A DNA stretch of 64,000 nucleotides from Competibacteraceae bacterium UBA3908 (GCA_002391525.1 DGFE01000100.1:8604-72603), one strand, 5' to 3'; positions 26,750 to 37,447 are shown, counted from the first letter of the stretch. Notes: generated by a model not told the origin, from the letters alone. Numbers and translations: made by a program.

Positions 26750-29734
26750 ATGAGTATCGCGGAACTGGCAGAGAAGATCACCACCCTGCTGGCCCCGGCC
26801 ATGCCCTACCTCCAGAAAGCCGAAGGCGAAGCGATGGCGGAAGTTGTCACGCGGGAAGATGCCGATGGCTGGAGGCAGCGGACGGACGTGTTGTGGCAAT
26901 GGCTGCAACCGAAACTGGGGACGAGACCCGCCGCCATGGAAGCGGTCGCCGATCTCGCGGGCGAGCCGGAAAATCAGGATTTTCAGGCTACCTTCCGGGT
27001 GCAGCTCAGGAAGGTTCTTAGCGAGGATGCAACGTTTGCATCCAACCTGGCGCGCTTTCTCGCGTCCGTTTCCATTCCCCTCGCCCAGCCGGTGAATCAA
27101 GCGATGGCTATCGGAAATGGGAGTATTGCCCGGGATGGAGGGGTTGCCGCCGGCGCCGGTGGAGCGGCCATTGGTGGGAACGCCGGGAATGTGCACGTGG
27201 TGAATATCGGTCCGGGAGCCAATTTGTTTCTGGATCGTCCCCCGGCGCGAATGACCGATGTCGACCGGGATACGGCGCTGGGTCGCTACCTGCGGCACAT
27301 CATCAGCCATAACCGCTATCTTCAGCTTCAAGGCATCCGCTCGGGTGGCCGGCTGGTGCATATCGAACTGGAGCGCATTTTCATCTGCCTGCGCGCCACC
27401 CAGCGACGCCTGATCGTTGCCGGGGAACGCTGGCCGGGCAAGGAAAGAATGCCGGTCTCCGGGGAAAGAAGCCAGCCTGATTCCCAGGCGACGTTGACGA
27501 CCGAGATCGTGACGGTCTCGATTGGCAAGGCGCTGTCGAAGCATCCGCGCCTGGTGGTGTTGGGTGATCCAGGCAGCGGCAAGAGTACCCTGCTTCGTTA
27601 CCTGGCCCTGATCTCCGCGCGGGATCTGGCGGAGGGTCGCCGCCTGGTTCAGGACAGGCTGGGATCAGCCGAACCGAGGCGACTGCCGATCCTGTTGCCA
27701 CTTCGGCAAATCGGTCGTTTTCTCCAGGCCCGACCCGATGAAGGCACTGAAGGCCATGCCCGGTTGATCGAGTATCTCATCGCCGCGCTGGCCAGCGAGC
27801 GTATTGAACTGCCCAAGGATTTTTTCGACCCGTGGCTGACCGGGGGCGACGCCCTGATCCTGCTCGACGGCTTGGATGAGGTCGTCGATCCCGGACTGCG
27901 CCGGCGCGTCTCGCGACTGGTGGAAAGTTTCACCCAAACCTACCCCCGGTGCCGCTACGTGGTGACCAGCCGGATCGTCGGTTACACGGACGCCGCGCGG
28001 CTGGGCGAATCCTACGCGGTTACCACGATGCTCGATTTCAGCCGGGAAGACATCGCCCGGTTCCTCGGCAACTGGCACCGGCTGATCGCGGTCGCGCAGA
28101 TGGGCGAGGGCGAGAGCACGGATGCCCACGCCGCCAGACAGACCCGTCGGTTGCTGTACTTTATCAACCACAATCCGCGCATCCGCGATCTGGCTATCAA
28201 CCCCTTGCTGTTGACCGTGATCGCCATGGTTCACCGGGACCGGGTGAAATTGCCGGATCGGCGGGCCGAACTCTACGCCGAGGCCGTGGAGGTATTGCTG
28301 GGCAAGTGGGAGGAGGCCAAGGGGATGTCGGAGGCGCCGGTCCTGCTCAGGGGCCAGCCCTTCGACACCGGCGACAAGCGCCTGCTGTTGCAGGACCTCG
28401 CGCTGTACCTGCACGAGCGGAACCAGAAGCAGATCAAGGTGGAGGAACTGCATCATTTTCTGCGCGCCCGGTTCAAGGGATTGCTGCGCGAGGACCACGC
28501 GGTCGAGCAGACGGTCATCCGCTTCCTCGCGATGATCGAGGAGCGCACCGGCCTGCTGGTGGCGCGCGGCGAGGGAGTCTATGCCTTCTCCCATCTCACC
28601 TTCCAGGAATACCTGGCGGCGCTGGGCATCGCCGCCCGCGACGATTATGTGGCCTACACGCTGAAACGGGCGGGCGATCTCTGGTGGCGGGAGGTCATCC
28701 TGCTGGAAGTCGGCTACCTCGGCACGCAAAGCAAGGAAAAAACTACGGCGCTGATTCGCGCCATCGCCGAGCGGAAACGGGAACCGGAACCCTATCACAA
28801 CCTGGTGTTGGCGGCGGAATGCCTGCGCGACGTGGGCGACAATCGGGTTCAGGGCGACCTGCGACAGGAAGTCCAGCGCCGGCTGCGCCAGGATCTTGAA
28901 GCGCCGCCGCCCCTGTTCGTGCGCTGGTTCAGGAAAGCCGGAATAAAAAACTGGATCGAACAGCGCGCCCAGGCGATGGAGGCGCTGGTGCGGACCGGCG
29001 CGGGCTTCTGGACCATGCCCCATGGCGAGCCGGAATGGGTGAAAATTCCCGCCGGAACGGGGTGGATGGGAAGCAGGCGCGGACGGACCAACGAACGGCC
29101 TTTGCACCAGGTCGAACTCGATGCCTTTCTGATCGCGCGGGTTCCGATCACCAACGCCCAATACCACTTGTTCATCCGGGCCACGAGATACGCGACGCCG
29201 CGACACTGGCGGGAAGAGCGCCCACCCAAGGGCCTGGAGAGTCATCCGGTGGCCTGCGTAAGCTGGCATGACGCGCTGGCTTACTGTCTGTGGCTGAGCC
29301 GGGAGACGGGCAAGCCGATTGCCCTGCCGAGCGAGGCCCAGTGGGAAAGAGCCGCGCGGGGTGATGAAGACCAACGCGAGTATCCATGGGGTGATCGCTT
29401 TGAAGCAGCCTGGTGCAACAGTGAGGCGCTGGGGTTGGAGGCTACCACCCCTGTCGGTATTTTTCCCGAGGGCGCCAGCCGATATGGCTGCCTGGACATG
29501 GTCGGCAATGTATGGGAATGGACGAGCAGCCTCATGGATGACTATCCCTATCCCGGCCAAGGCGCCGCGCGCCGGGCGCGCGAAGATCTGACGGCACGGG
29601 GTGATCGCGTGTTGCGGGGCGGTGCGTTCGGCTACGGTCCCGTCCTCATGCGCTGCGCCTCCCGATCCAACGGCAATCCCGATGGCCTCGGCCCTGTCGT
29701 CGGATTTCGGGTGGTGACATCGTGTTCCGATTGA
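26750..29734 (+). CDS. STAND NTPase: novel N-terminal module + NACHT + C-terminal FGE/SUMF1-type domain
   Basis: Walker A is LGDPGSGKSTLLRYL (about 27563-27589) and Walker B is LILLDGLDEV (about 27854-27883). FGE-type motifs are HPVACVSWHDALAYCLWL, LPSEAQWERAARG, GNVWEWT, RVLRGGAF and GFRVV (about 29100-29725). Confidence 0.88.
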   Translation: MSIAELAEKITTLLAPAMPYLQKAEGEAMAEVVTREDADGWRQRTDVLWQWLQPKLGTRPAAMEAVADLAGEPENQDFQATFRVQLRKVLSEDATFASNLARFLASVSIPLAQPVNQAMAIGNGSIARDGGVAAGAGGAAIGGNAGNVHVVNIGPGANLFLDRPPARMTDVDRDTALGRYLRHIISHNRYLQLQGIRSGGRLVHIELERIFICLRATQRRLIVAGERWPGKERMPVSGERSQPDSQATLTTEIVTVSIGKALSKHPRLVVLGDPGSGKSTLLRYLALISARDLAEGRRLVQDRLGSAEPRRLPILLPLRQIGRFLQARPDEGTEGHARLIEYLIAALASERIELPKDFFDPWLTGGDALILLDGLDEVVDPGLRRRVSRLVESFTQTYPRCRYVVTSRIVGYTDAARLGESYAVTTMLDFSREDIARFLGNWHRLIAVAQMGEGESTDAHAARQTRRLLYFINHNPRIRDLAINPLLLTVIAMVHRDRVKLPDRRAELYAEAVEVLLGKWEEAKGMSEAPVLLRGQPFDTGDKRLLLQDLALYLHERNQKQIKVEELHHFLRARFKGLLREDHAVEQTVIRFLAMIEERTGLLVARGEGVYAFSHLTFQEYLAALGIAARDDYVAYTLKRAGDLWWREVILLEVGYLGTQSKEKTTALIRAIAERKREPEPYHNLVLAAECLRDVGDNRVQGDLRQEVQRRLRQDLEAPPPLFVRWFRKAGIKNWIEQRAQAMEALVRTGAGFWTMPHGEPEWVKIPAGTGWMGSRRGRTNERPLHQVELDAFLIARVPITNAQYHLFIRATRYATPRHWREERPPKGLESHPVACVSWHDALAYCLWLSRETGKPIALPSEAQWERAARGDEDQREYPWGDRFEAAWCNSEALGLEATTPVGIFPEGASRYGCLDMVGNVWEWTSSLMDDYPYPGQGAARRAREDLTARGDRVLRGGAFGYGPVLMRCASRSNGNPDGLGPVVGFRVVTSCSD

Positions 29735-29761
29735 AGACCACAAGCGTTATGGAGGTTCGAG

Positions 29762-30232
29762 ATGGATATTCCGGCTCTTGCAACGGCGGTGACCAGTTGT
29801 CTTGCCCCGACGCTGCCCTATCTGCTGAAAGCGGGCGAGAAAGGGATCGAAACAATCGGTTGCGAAATGGGTGCGGGAATGTGGGAAACGGCCAAGGCAA
29901 TCTGGCGGAGATTGAGTCCGGGTCCGGCGGTCGAGTCGGCGGCGCGGGAAGTCGCGAGCGCGCCGGAGGACCAGGATGCGCAGGCGGCTCTCCGCTATCA
30001 GCTCAGGAAAATGTTGGCCGCTGATGAGCAACTGGCGTCGGCGCTCGCGCGGTTGCTGGAGGAAGGCGGCAAAGTCGCGAGTCCTCATGCCGAGGTTCAC
30101 GGCGAGGGCGCCGTAGCTCAGGGACCGGGGGCGGTGGCCGCCGGAAAAGGCGGGGTCGCCGTGGGCCGCGACGTGCATGGCGGCGTGCGCATCGGTGGTA
30201 CGGAAATCATCGGGACGGTGGTCAAACCTTAG
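29762..30232 (+). CDS. 156-aa protein, stand-alone paralog of the NACHT protein's N-terminal module
   Basis: It aligns over its full length with residues 1 to about 165 of the upstream protein. MDIPALATAVTSCLAPTLPYLLKAGEK matches MSIAELAEKITTLLAPAMPYLQKAEGE, EDQDAQAALRYQLRKML matches ENQDFQATFRVQLRKVL, and both have Gly/Ala/Val-rich tails. The gap to the upstream gene is 27 nt. Confidence 0.7.
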   Translation: MDIPALATAVTSCLAPTLPYLLKAGEKGIETIGCEMGAGMWETAKAIWRRLSPGPAVESAAREVASAPEDQDAQAALRYQLRKMLAADEQLASALARLLEEGGKVASPHAEVHGEGAVAQGPGAVAAGKGGVAVGRDVHGGVRIGGTEIIGTVVKP

Positions 30233-30345
30233 CCTACAGCCCCGACCAGGATGTAGGTTGGGTTAGCGCGCGGCGCGTAACCCAAACGACCCAACCGTTG
30301 GGTTAGGCCGTAGGCCGTAACCCAACCTACTAATCATCCGGGAGT
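30231..30345. repeat. nested REP-like palindromes (GTAGGTTGGGTTA ... TAACCCAACCTAC family)
   Basis: GTAGGTTGGGTTA (30243-30255) pairs with TAACCCAACCTAC (30308-30320). Inner hairpins are TTGGGTTA/TAACCCAA and GTTGGGTTA/TAACCCAAC. The outer pair is AGCCTAC/GTAGGCT. Confidence 0.8.
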
Positions 30346-30380
30346 GCCGTAGGCTCTGAATTCCACTGACCGTGCCCGGC

Positions 30381-31001
30381 TTATCCGGCGGCATGTCGTT
30401 TCTTCTCCGCCCGCTTCTTCCGGATCATCATGGTGTCGCCGGCCATGCTTTGATAGGCGGCTTGCAGGGCGGCGTCGAAATCGCCCAGTTCGCCGCCCTG
30501 TTCAGCCTTGGCGGCTTCGGCGTCCGCCTTGGAAGCGAAGGCGACCTTGCTTTGCTTGGTCATGACGCCCGGCAGTTTGGAGCCGATCAGGTAGGTGGCC
30601 GCGTCCACGTTCACCAATGGCTTCGGGTCGGCTTTCGCGCCGAAATCGGCAGCGTAAATGGCTTTGGGTCCCCGGTCCAGGTTCAGCGCGAGGCTGAGCG
30701 CGGCGCAGTGCAGCGAGCAGGTGGCGTCCACCCGGTCGTCCTGGTAATGGACCAGATGGCGGCTGTGGTGGTATTGCTTGCGATCCATGCCGCAGTAAGG
30801 GCATTTGGGATACTTGGCCAGTTCATTCTCCAGCGGATTGGGGTCCGGCGCGGTTTTGGGGACGAATTGCAGCGGGGTGCCGTCGGTTTCGCACTTCGCG
30901 GCGAGGGCGGGCGGACTCAGGGTCGCGACGCCGGCGCTGACGCCCGCCACGGCGAAAAGACGCAGGACTTGTCGACGTTCGATCTGGATGGAATCGTTCA
31001 T
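30381..31001 (-). CDS. Tat-exported NosL-like/TRASH-type metal-binding protein
   Basis: RR leader ERRQVLRLFAVAGVSAGVA, with CPYCGMDRKQYHHSR...CSLHC. ATG 31001. Confidence 0.6.
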   Translation of the reverse strand: MNDSIQIERRQVLRLFAVAGVSAGVATLSPPALAAKCETDGTPLQFVPKTAPDPNPLENELAKYPKCPYCGMDRKQYHHSRHLVHYQDDRVDATCSLHCAALSLALNLDRGPKAIYAADFGAKADPKPLVNVDAATYLIGSKLPGVMTKQSKVAFASKADAEAAKAEQGGELGDFDAALQAAYQSMAGDTMMIRKKRAEKKRHAAG

Positions 31002-31079
31002 GAGTGCGGTTTCCCCGATTGTGGTTATGGAAGAGGTCACAATTGTAGGACAGGAGCGCGCCAAAGGGATTGACAATGA

Positions 31080-31574
31080 TCAAAGCAGGCCGGCTATCGC
31101 CTGTGTAAAAGCCTCGGGGGTGGATTCGCCGAGGAATCGCCCGCGGACGATGCCCTGCCGGTCCACGATGAAGGTTACCGGCAGGCTCATCACCTGATAA
31201 CGGCGCGTCACTTCGCCCTGGCGGTCGAGCAGCACGTCGTAGGAAACGCCGAGTTGCTGGACGAACGGTGCTACCGTTTCCGGCGGTTGCAGCACGTTGA
31301 TGGCGAGAATGGCCAGGCCCCGGTCGCGGAATTGGCGATAGACCGGCTCCAGCGCCGTCATTTCGGCCCGGCAGTACGGGCACCAGTCGGCCCAGAAGCG
31401 GATGGCGACCACTTGGCCGCGGTACTGCTCGGGAAAGCGGACGCCGGCGCCGTCCAGCCGGTCCAGCGCGAAGGCGGGAGCGGGCGTGTTGACCTTGATG
31501 ACCGGCGACTCCGGCTCGCAGCCGGCCAGCAGCATCAACAGCACGATACCCGGCAGGATTCGAAATGGGGTCAT
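31080..31574 (-). CDS. TlpA-family thiol:disulfide oxidoreductase lipoprotein
   Basis: Lipobox LLAGC, thioredoxin motif WADWCPYC and MSLPVTFIVD. Confidence 0.85.
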   Translation of the reverse strand: MTPFRILPGIVLLMLLAGCEPESPVIKVNTPAPAFALDRLDGAGVRFPEQYRGQVVAIRFWADWCPYCRAEMTALEPVYRQFRDRGLAILAINVLQPPETVAPFVQQLGVSYDVLLDRQGEVTRRYQVMSLPVTFIVDRQGIVRGRFLGESTPEAFTQAIAGLL

Positions 31575-31628
31575 GAGACCAGCACGCCTCGTCGGGAATT
31601 ATGTGGAATTATGGCGGCCATCATGCCT

Positions 31629-31955
31629 TTAACGGCGCGGTACTCGTACCGTGGCCAAGGCGGCGCGGATCGCTTCCGGGTCATCGATCCGGCGCATCAG
31701 TTTACCGATGAACTGCAATTGTCGCTGGTGCGCCCCCCGCTGCGGCATCGCCTGCGCCGCCCGCACCGCCACCAGCAAGTCTTCCGGCAGCGGCAGCCGG
31801 CTCAGTTGCGTCGGGGTGAGTTTGACCAATTGCGCGCCCAAATCCTGTAGCGCGGTCGCTTCCCGCTTGCGTTGGCTTTTACTGGGTGGTCGCGGTTCTT
31901 CCGGACGGAAATCGTCGTCGAATGCGTCGTCATGCATGGCGATAGTCTCCAGCAA
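31629..31955 (-). CDS. yjgA: YjgA/DUF615-like ribosome-associated protein, N-terminal half only (short form)
   Basis: SKSQRKREATALQDLGAQLVKL...LPEDLLVAVRAAQ..RGAHQRQLQFIGKLMRR matches the N-terminal half of the YjgA family. The ORF ends after about 102-108 aa, and only 54 nt remain before tlpA. Confidence 0.6.
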   Translation of the reverse strand: MLETIAMHDDAFDDDFRPEEPRPPSKSQRKREATALQDLGAQLVKLTPTQLSRLPLPEDLLVAVRAAQAMPQRGAHQRQLQFIGKLMRRIDDPEAIRAALATVRVPRR

Positions 31956-32016
31956 GAGCTTTTGATGAGCCGGGCTCGGCCAAGCCGGTACACGCCGGCT
32001 TCGGCATGGCCGATCC

Positions 32017-33456
32017 TCACTCCAACCCCAGTTTCTTCAAGCGGTAGCGCAGCGCCCGAAAGCTGATGCCCAGCTTTTCGGCGGCGGCGGTCTTGTTGTA
32101 GCGAGTCGCTTCCAGCGCCCGCAGGATCGCCGCCTTCTCCAGACCCTCCAGATAACCTTCCAGATTGTTCACCATCGGCAGCATGGGCTGGGTCTTCGGC
32201 TCGTCCGGCGCGCGGGCGGACAGGGGGGCGGGCGCGGCCGGTTCCGGTCGAATCGGCGCGGGACTCGGTGGGGGGGACGCGGCCAAGGGCATCGACAGCG
32301 AGGCCGCGGTGACCGGCAATGACAGGTCGTCCGGTTGGATGACCGCGTTCTCGCACAGCGTGAACGCTCGTTCCAGGATGTTCTCCAACTCGCGAATGTT
32401 GCCCGGAAAGGCATAACGCTGCAGCGTCAGCAACGCCGACGGCGCCAGCGCCGGTCGCGGCAATCCGGTTTGCTGGTTCAGTCGGTCGAGGACCGCCGCC
32501 ACCAGTTCCGGGATATCCTCGGGATGCTCGCGCAGGCTCGGCATCCGCAACTCGATCACGTTCAGCCGGTAGAACAAATCCTGGCGGAACGCACCGTTGC
32601 GGACCAGGGCGGTCAGATTTTTGTGGCTGGCGCTGAGGATCCGCACGTCGATGGCCACCTCGGCCGACGCCCCCACCGGCCGCACCGCCCGCTCCTGAAT
32701 CGCGCGCAACAGCTTGACCTGCATGTGCATCGGCAGCTCCGCCACCTCGTCCAGGAACAGCGTACCACCCTGCGCGGCCTGGAACAGTCCGCTTTTGTCC
32801 TGGTTGGCGCCGGTGAAGCTACCCTTCTTGTAGCCGAAAAACTCGCTCTCCATCAGCTGCTCGGGGATCGCGCCGCAATTGACCGGCACGAACGGCTTGT
32901 CGGCCCGCGGCCCGGACAGATGAATCAGCCGCGCCGCCAGCTCCTTGCCGGTGCCCGATTCGCCGCTGATCAGGATCGGCGCCTGACTGCGCGCCAGTTT
33001 GGCGATCAGCGCCCGCACCCCGTCCATCACCGCCGAGCGCCCCAGCAGCAGGGGAGGACGGCTGTCGCCGCCGCGGCTGTCGCCGCCGCGGCTCAACCGC
33101 AGCGCGGTCGCCACGATGTCGCGCAGCACCGACAGCTCGAACGGCTTGGAGACGAAATCGAACGCGCCCAGCTTCAGCGCCTCCACGGCGTTTTCCACGT
33201 TGCCGTGCGCGGTAATCACCGCCACCGGCAAATTGGGAAAGTGTTTCTGGATATGCGCGACCAGTTCCAGGCCGCTGCCGTCCGGCAGGCGCAGATCGGT
33301 GATGCAGAAACTGAGCGGCTGGCGTTTGAGCAGGGTGCGGGCCTCGCTCAGAGTCTCGGCGGGCAGACAGTTCACCCCCAGCGGTGACAGGGTCATCTCG
33401 ATCAGTTCGCGGATGTCGGCTTCGTCATCCACGATCAAGGCATTGCAGGCATCCAT
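32017..33456 (-). CDS. pilR: sigma54-dependent response regulator PilR
   Basis: Receiver (ALIVDDEADIRELIEMTL, ITDLRLPDGSGLELV), AAA+ (GESGTGKELAARLIH, GSFTGA) and Fis-type HTH (YNKTAAAEKLGISFRALRYRLKK). Close by-eye similarity to Pseudomonas PilR. Confidence 0.88.
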   Translation of the reverse strand: MDACNALIVDDEADIRELIEMTLSPLGVNCLPAETLSEARTLLKRQPLSFCITDLRLPDGSGLELVAHIQKHFPNLPVAVITAHGNVENAVEALKLGAFDFVSKPFELSVLRDIVATALRLSRGGDSRGGDSRPPLLLGRSAVMDGVRALIAKLARSQAPILISGESGTGKELAARLIHLSGPRADKPFVPVNCGAIPEQLMESEFFGYKKGSFTGANQDKSGLFQAAQGGTLFLDEVAELPMHMQVKLLRAIQERAVRPVGASAEVAIDVRILSASHKNLTALVRNGAFRQDLFYRLNVIELRMPSLREHPEDIPELVAAVLDRLNQQTGLPRPALAPSALLTLQRYAFPGNIRELENILERAFTLCENAVIQPDDLSLPVTAASLSMPLAASPPPSPAPIRPEPAAPAPLSARAPDEPKTQPMLPMVNNLEGYLEGLEKAAILRALEATRYNKTAAAEKLGISFRALRYRLKKLGLE

Positions 33457-35153
33457 CAGTCCATCTCCGTGGCAAGGCTCGTGGGAGCGAAGGTGATGCG
33501 GAAACGGCTACCACCCTCGGGAACGGACAGGTATTGTAGATGGGCACGGTTGGCCTCGCACAGTTCCCGGGCCAGATACAGGCCCAGGCCGGTGCCCTTG
33601 GCCCGGGTGGTGAAGAACGGCTCGAACAGTTTGCCGGTGTTTTCCGGCGCCACGCCGGGACCCGCGTCGCGCACTTCCAGGAATGGCCGGCCGTGTCCGT
33701 GCTCCATGCCGGCGCACAGTTCGATCCTGGCGGGCTCGCCGGGCGCCGCGCCGTGCTGGCAGGCGTTGGCGCACAGGTTCCACAGAACCTGCCGCAGCTG
33801 GTGAGGATCGAAAAAGACCTCCATGGCAGCCGGCTCGACGGTCTGGCGCCACTCGGGCGGCGTTCCGTCCAGACTGCGCCGAAATTCCTGACCGAATGTT
33901 TCCAGCCATGGCGTCAGCGCGAGCCGCTCCGGCCTGACCCGGTCGCGCCGGGCCAGATCCAGCACGTCGGCGATGATGCGGTTGGCTCGTTTGACGTTTT
34001 CATGCACGATCCGACCCAGCCGCCGGTCGCTGGCGCTGGCGCCCGTCGATTCCTGCAGAAGCTGGGCGGCGTGACCAATCGCCGCCAGCGGATTGCGGAT
34101 TTCGTGGGCGATGCCCGCCGTCAGCCGGCCCAGCGCCGCCAGCTTGATCTGTTGCAACCGTTCGGCGGCCTGTTCGGAATCTTCCAGCAAAATCAGCACG
34201 TTCGTCGCCTGGTTGCCGCTGAGTCGGGTAAAGCGCGGGATCAGTTCCGGGCGATGCTCGGTCGGCCTGAAGGCCGGGATCTCGACGGCGCCGGCCCGCC
34301 ATGCCCGCAGCCGCTGGTAGAGCGGCGGCGACAGTTCGGGCAACGCCGTTTCCGGTCGCGCCGCCGGGCAGCCCAGCAATTGGCGGGCGGTGTCGTTCAA
34401 CAACTGGATTTGATCGGCGCGGTTCACCACCACCACTCCGTTCTGCAGATGGCGGATGATACCCTGGTTCAGTTCGGCGATTTCCAGTAATTCCCAGGTG
34501 CGCTGCCGGGCCAGCGCCTCGCCGCGCCGCGCTCGTTCCGCCAGCGCGTAGGTCAGCCCGGCGGCGATGAACAGCGCCGCGCCAATCACGCCCAGTCGAA
34601 CCAGGTCGTCGGAGTTATGGCGCAGGGGTTCCAGCAAGGCGCTCCAGCCGGCGGTCGGTCGGTCGCCCCGCGCCGATGCGCCGGCGGCCTGCCAGTAGGT
34701 GGCCAGCCAGGAACCGGTCAGCAGGAAAAAACCCAGCGCAGCGGACAGCAGCGCCGAACTAAGCGGCAGCAGAATGCCGCTGGCGGCGACGGCGGTGATC
34801 AACAGGCTGACCAGACTGCTGGCCAGACCGCCCGAGGCATGGATCATGACGGTCAGAGTCACCAGGTCGACCAGCATCTGCCAGTGCGCCTGCACCTTCA
34901 GCTTTGGCCACCGCCAGTAACTACCGGCGATGGCGGTCAGCGCCAGCGCCATGTAAACCAGCGCCGCACCGAGGAACAGCGACGGGTGCTGTTTGCCGAA
35001 CAGCCGGCTTTGTTCGTCCAGCGCGAACGCCGTCAGCAACAGCGCCGCCAGGATCAGCCGGTAGAAATTGGACACCCGAAATACCCGCCAGAGGTGACGA
35101 CGATCCAGAAAACGGTCGGTGCGGAGCGCGGCGAGCGGGTCGGCGATGATCAT
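33456..35153 (-). CDS. pilS: sensor histidine kinase PilS (multi-TM N-terminus)
   Basis: It has six N-terminal TM helices, an H-box GIAHEIRNPLAAI and an ATPase region (DAGPGV, GTGLGLYLAREL). The stop overlaps the pilR ATG. Confidence 0.85.
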   Translation of the reverse strand: MIIADPLAALRTDRFLDRRHLWRVFRVSNFYRLILAALLLTAFALDEQSRLFGKQHPSLFLGAALVYMALALTAIAGSYWRWPKLKVQAHWQMLVDLVTLTVMIHASGGLASSLVSLLITAVAASGILLPLSSALLSAALGFFLLTGSWLATYWQAAGASARGDRPTAGWSALLEPLRHNSDDLVRLGVIGAALFIAAGLTYALAERARRGEALARQRTWELLEIAELNQGIIRHLQNGVVVVNRADQIQLLNDTARQLLGCPAARPETALPELSPPLYQRLRAWRAGAVEIPAFRPTEHRPELIPRFTRLSGNQATNVLILLEDSEQAAERLQQIKLAALGRLTAGIAHEIRNPLAAIGHAAQLLQESTGASASDRRLGRIVHENVKRANRIIADVLDLARRDRVRPERLALTPWLETFGQEFRRSLDGTPPEWRQTVEPAAMEVFFDPHQLRQVLWNLCANACQHGAAPGEPARIELCAGMEHGHGRPFLEVRDAGPGVAPENTGKLFEPFFTTRAKGTGLGLYLARELCEANRAHLQYLSVPEGGSRFRITFAPTSLATEMD

Positions 35154-35327
35154 GACGGGACGGAGCGGGAACGCGATTTTTACGGGAGGGGAGAACGATT
35201 CCACCTATAATTGTAAGCGCACCGGCGCCGGGATGGGCCGGCCATGGCCAACTTCATGGCGAGCGTGAAGATTGGGGCATTTCGGGGTACAATGACAACC
35301 TCACTGATAAAGGGGGATGTAATCCGC

Positions 35328-36491
<1,164 letters not shown>

Positions 36492-36537
36492 TTCGGCGCG
36501 CATTCGGTTTCCACGATCCAGAGAGAACGAGACGACC

Positions 36538-37416
36538 ATGAGCATTCTGATCAATAAAGACACCAAGGTCATCTGCCAGGGCTTCACCGGCTCGCAGGGC
36601 ACTTTCCACTCCGAGCAGGCCATCGCCTACGGCACCAACCTGGTCGGCGGCATCAGCCCCGGCAAGGGCGGTACCACCCATCTGGGCAAGCCGGTGTTCA
36701 ATACCGTCTATGACGCGGTCGCGGCCACCGGCGCCGATGCGAGCATGATCTACGTCCCGGCTCCGTTCGCCGGCGACGCGATCCTGGAAGCGGCCGACGC
36801 CGGCATCAAGGTGATCGCCTGCATCACCGAGGGTATTCCGGTCATGGACATGTTGAAGGTCAAGGCGGTGCTGACCAACAATTACCCGGACGTTTATCTG
36901 ATCGGTCCCAACTGCCCGGGCGTGATCACGCCCGGCGCCTGCAAGATGGGCATCATGCCCGGCCACATCCACATGCCCGGCAAGATCGGCATCGTATCCC
37001 GCTCCGGCACCCTGACCTACGAAGCGGTCTATCAGACCACCCAGGCCGGCCTGGGCCAGTCCACCTGCATCGGCATCGGCGGCGACCCGATCCACGGCAT
37101 GAGCTTCGTGGACGTGCTGACCCTGTTCAAGGATGACCCGCAGACCGAGGGCATCGTGATGGTCGGCGAGATCGGTGGCAGCGCCGAGGAGGAAGGTGCG
37201 GCGTACATCAAGGCCAACATCAAGAAGCCGGTGGTCGCCTACATCGCCGGCGTGACCGCGCCGCCGGGCAAGCGCATGGGCCATGCCGGCGCCATCATCA
37301 TGGGCGGCAAGGGCACCGCGAAAGACAAGTTCGCGGCGCTGGAAGCGGCGGGCGCGAAGATCGTCCGCTCTCCGGCCGACATCGGCGCGGCCATGAAGGC
37401 GTTTTTCCCCGGCTAG
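36538..37416 (+). CDS. sucD: succinyl-CoA synthetase alpha subunit
   Basis: [35 protein letters not shown] and MGHAGAII. Confidence 0.95.
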   Translation: MSILINKDTKVICQGFTGSQGTFHSEQAIAYGTNLVGGISPGKGGTTHLGKPVFNTVYDAVAATGADASMIYVPAPFAGDAILEAADAGIKVIACITEGIPVMDMLKVKAVLTNNYPDVYLIGPNCPGVITPGACKMGIMPGHIHMPGKIGIVSRSGTLTYEAVYQTTQAGLGQSTCIGIGGDPIHGMSFVDVLTLFKDDPQTEGIVMVGEIGGSAEEEGAAYIKANIKKPVVAYIAGVTAPPGKRMGHAGAIIMGGKGTAKDKFAALEAAGAKIVRSPADIGAAMKAFFPG

Positions 37417-37447
37417 CGACCTGACCGCGATCCGGTGAGTCACCAAG

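Noticed and set aside
26555-27544. 329-aa minus-strand ORF overlapping the start of the NACHT gene
   Set aside because: It is antisense to a region with clear paralogy to the downstream small ORF and to the NACHT P-loop. Its translation has no motifs.
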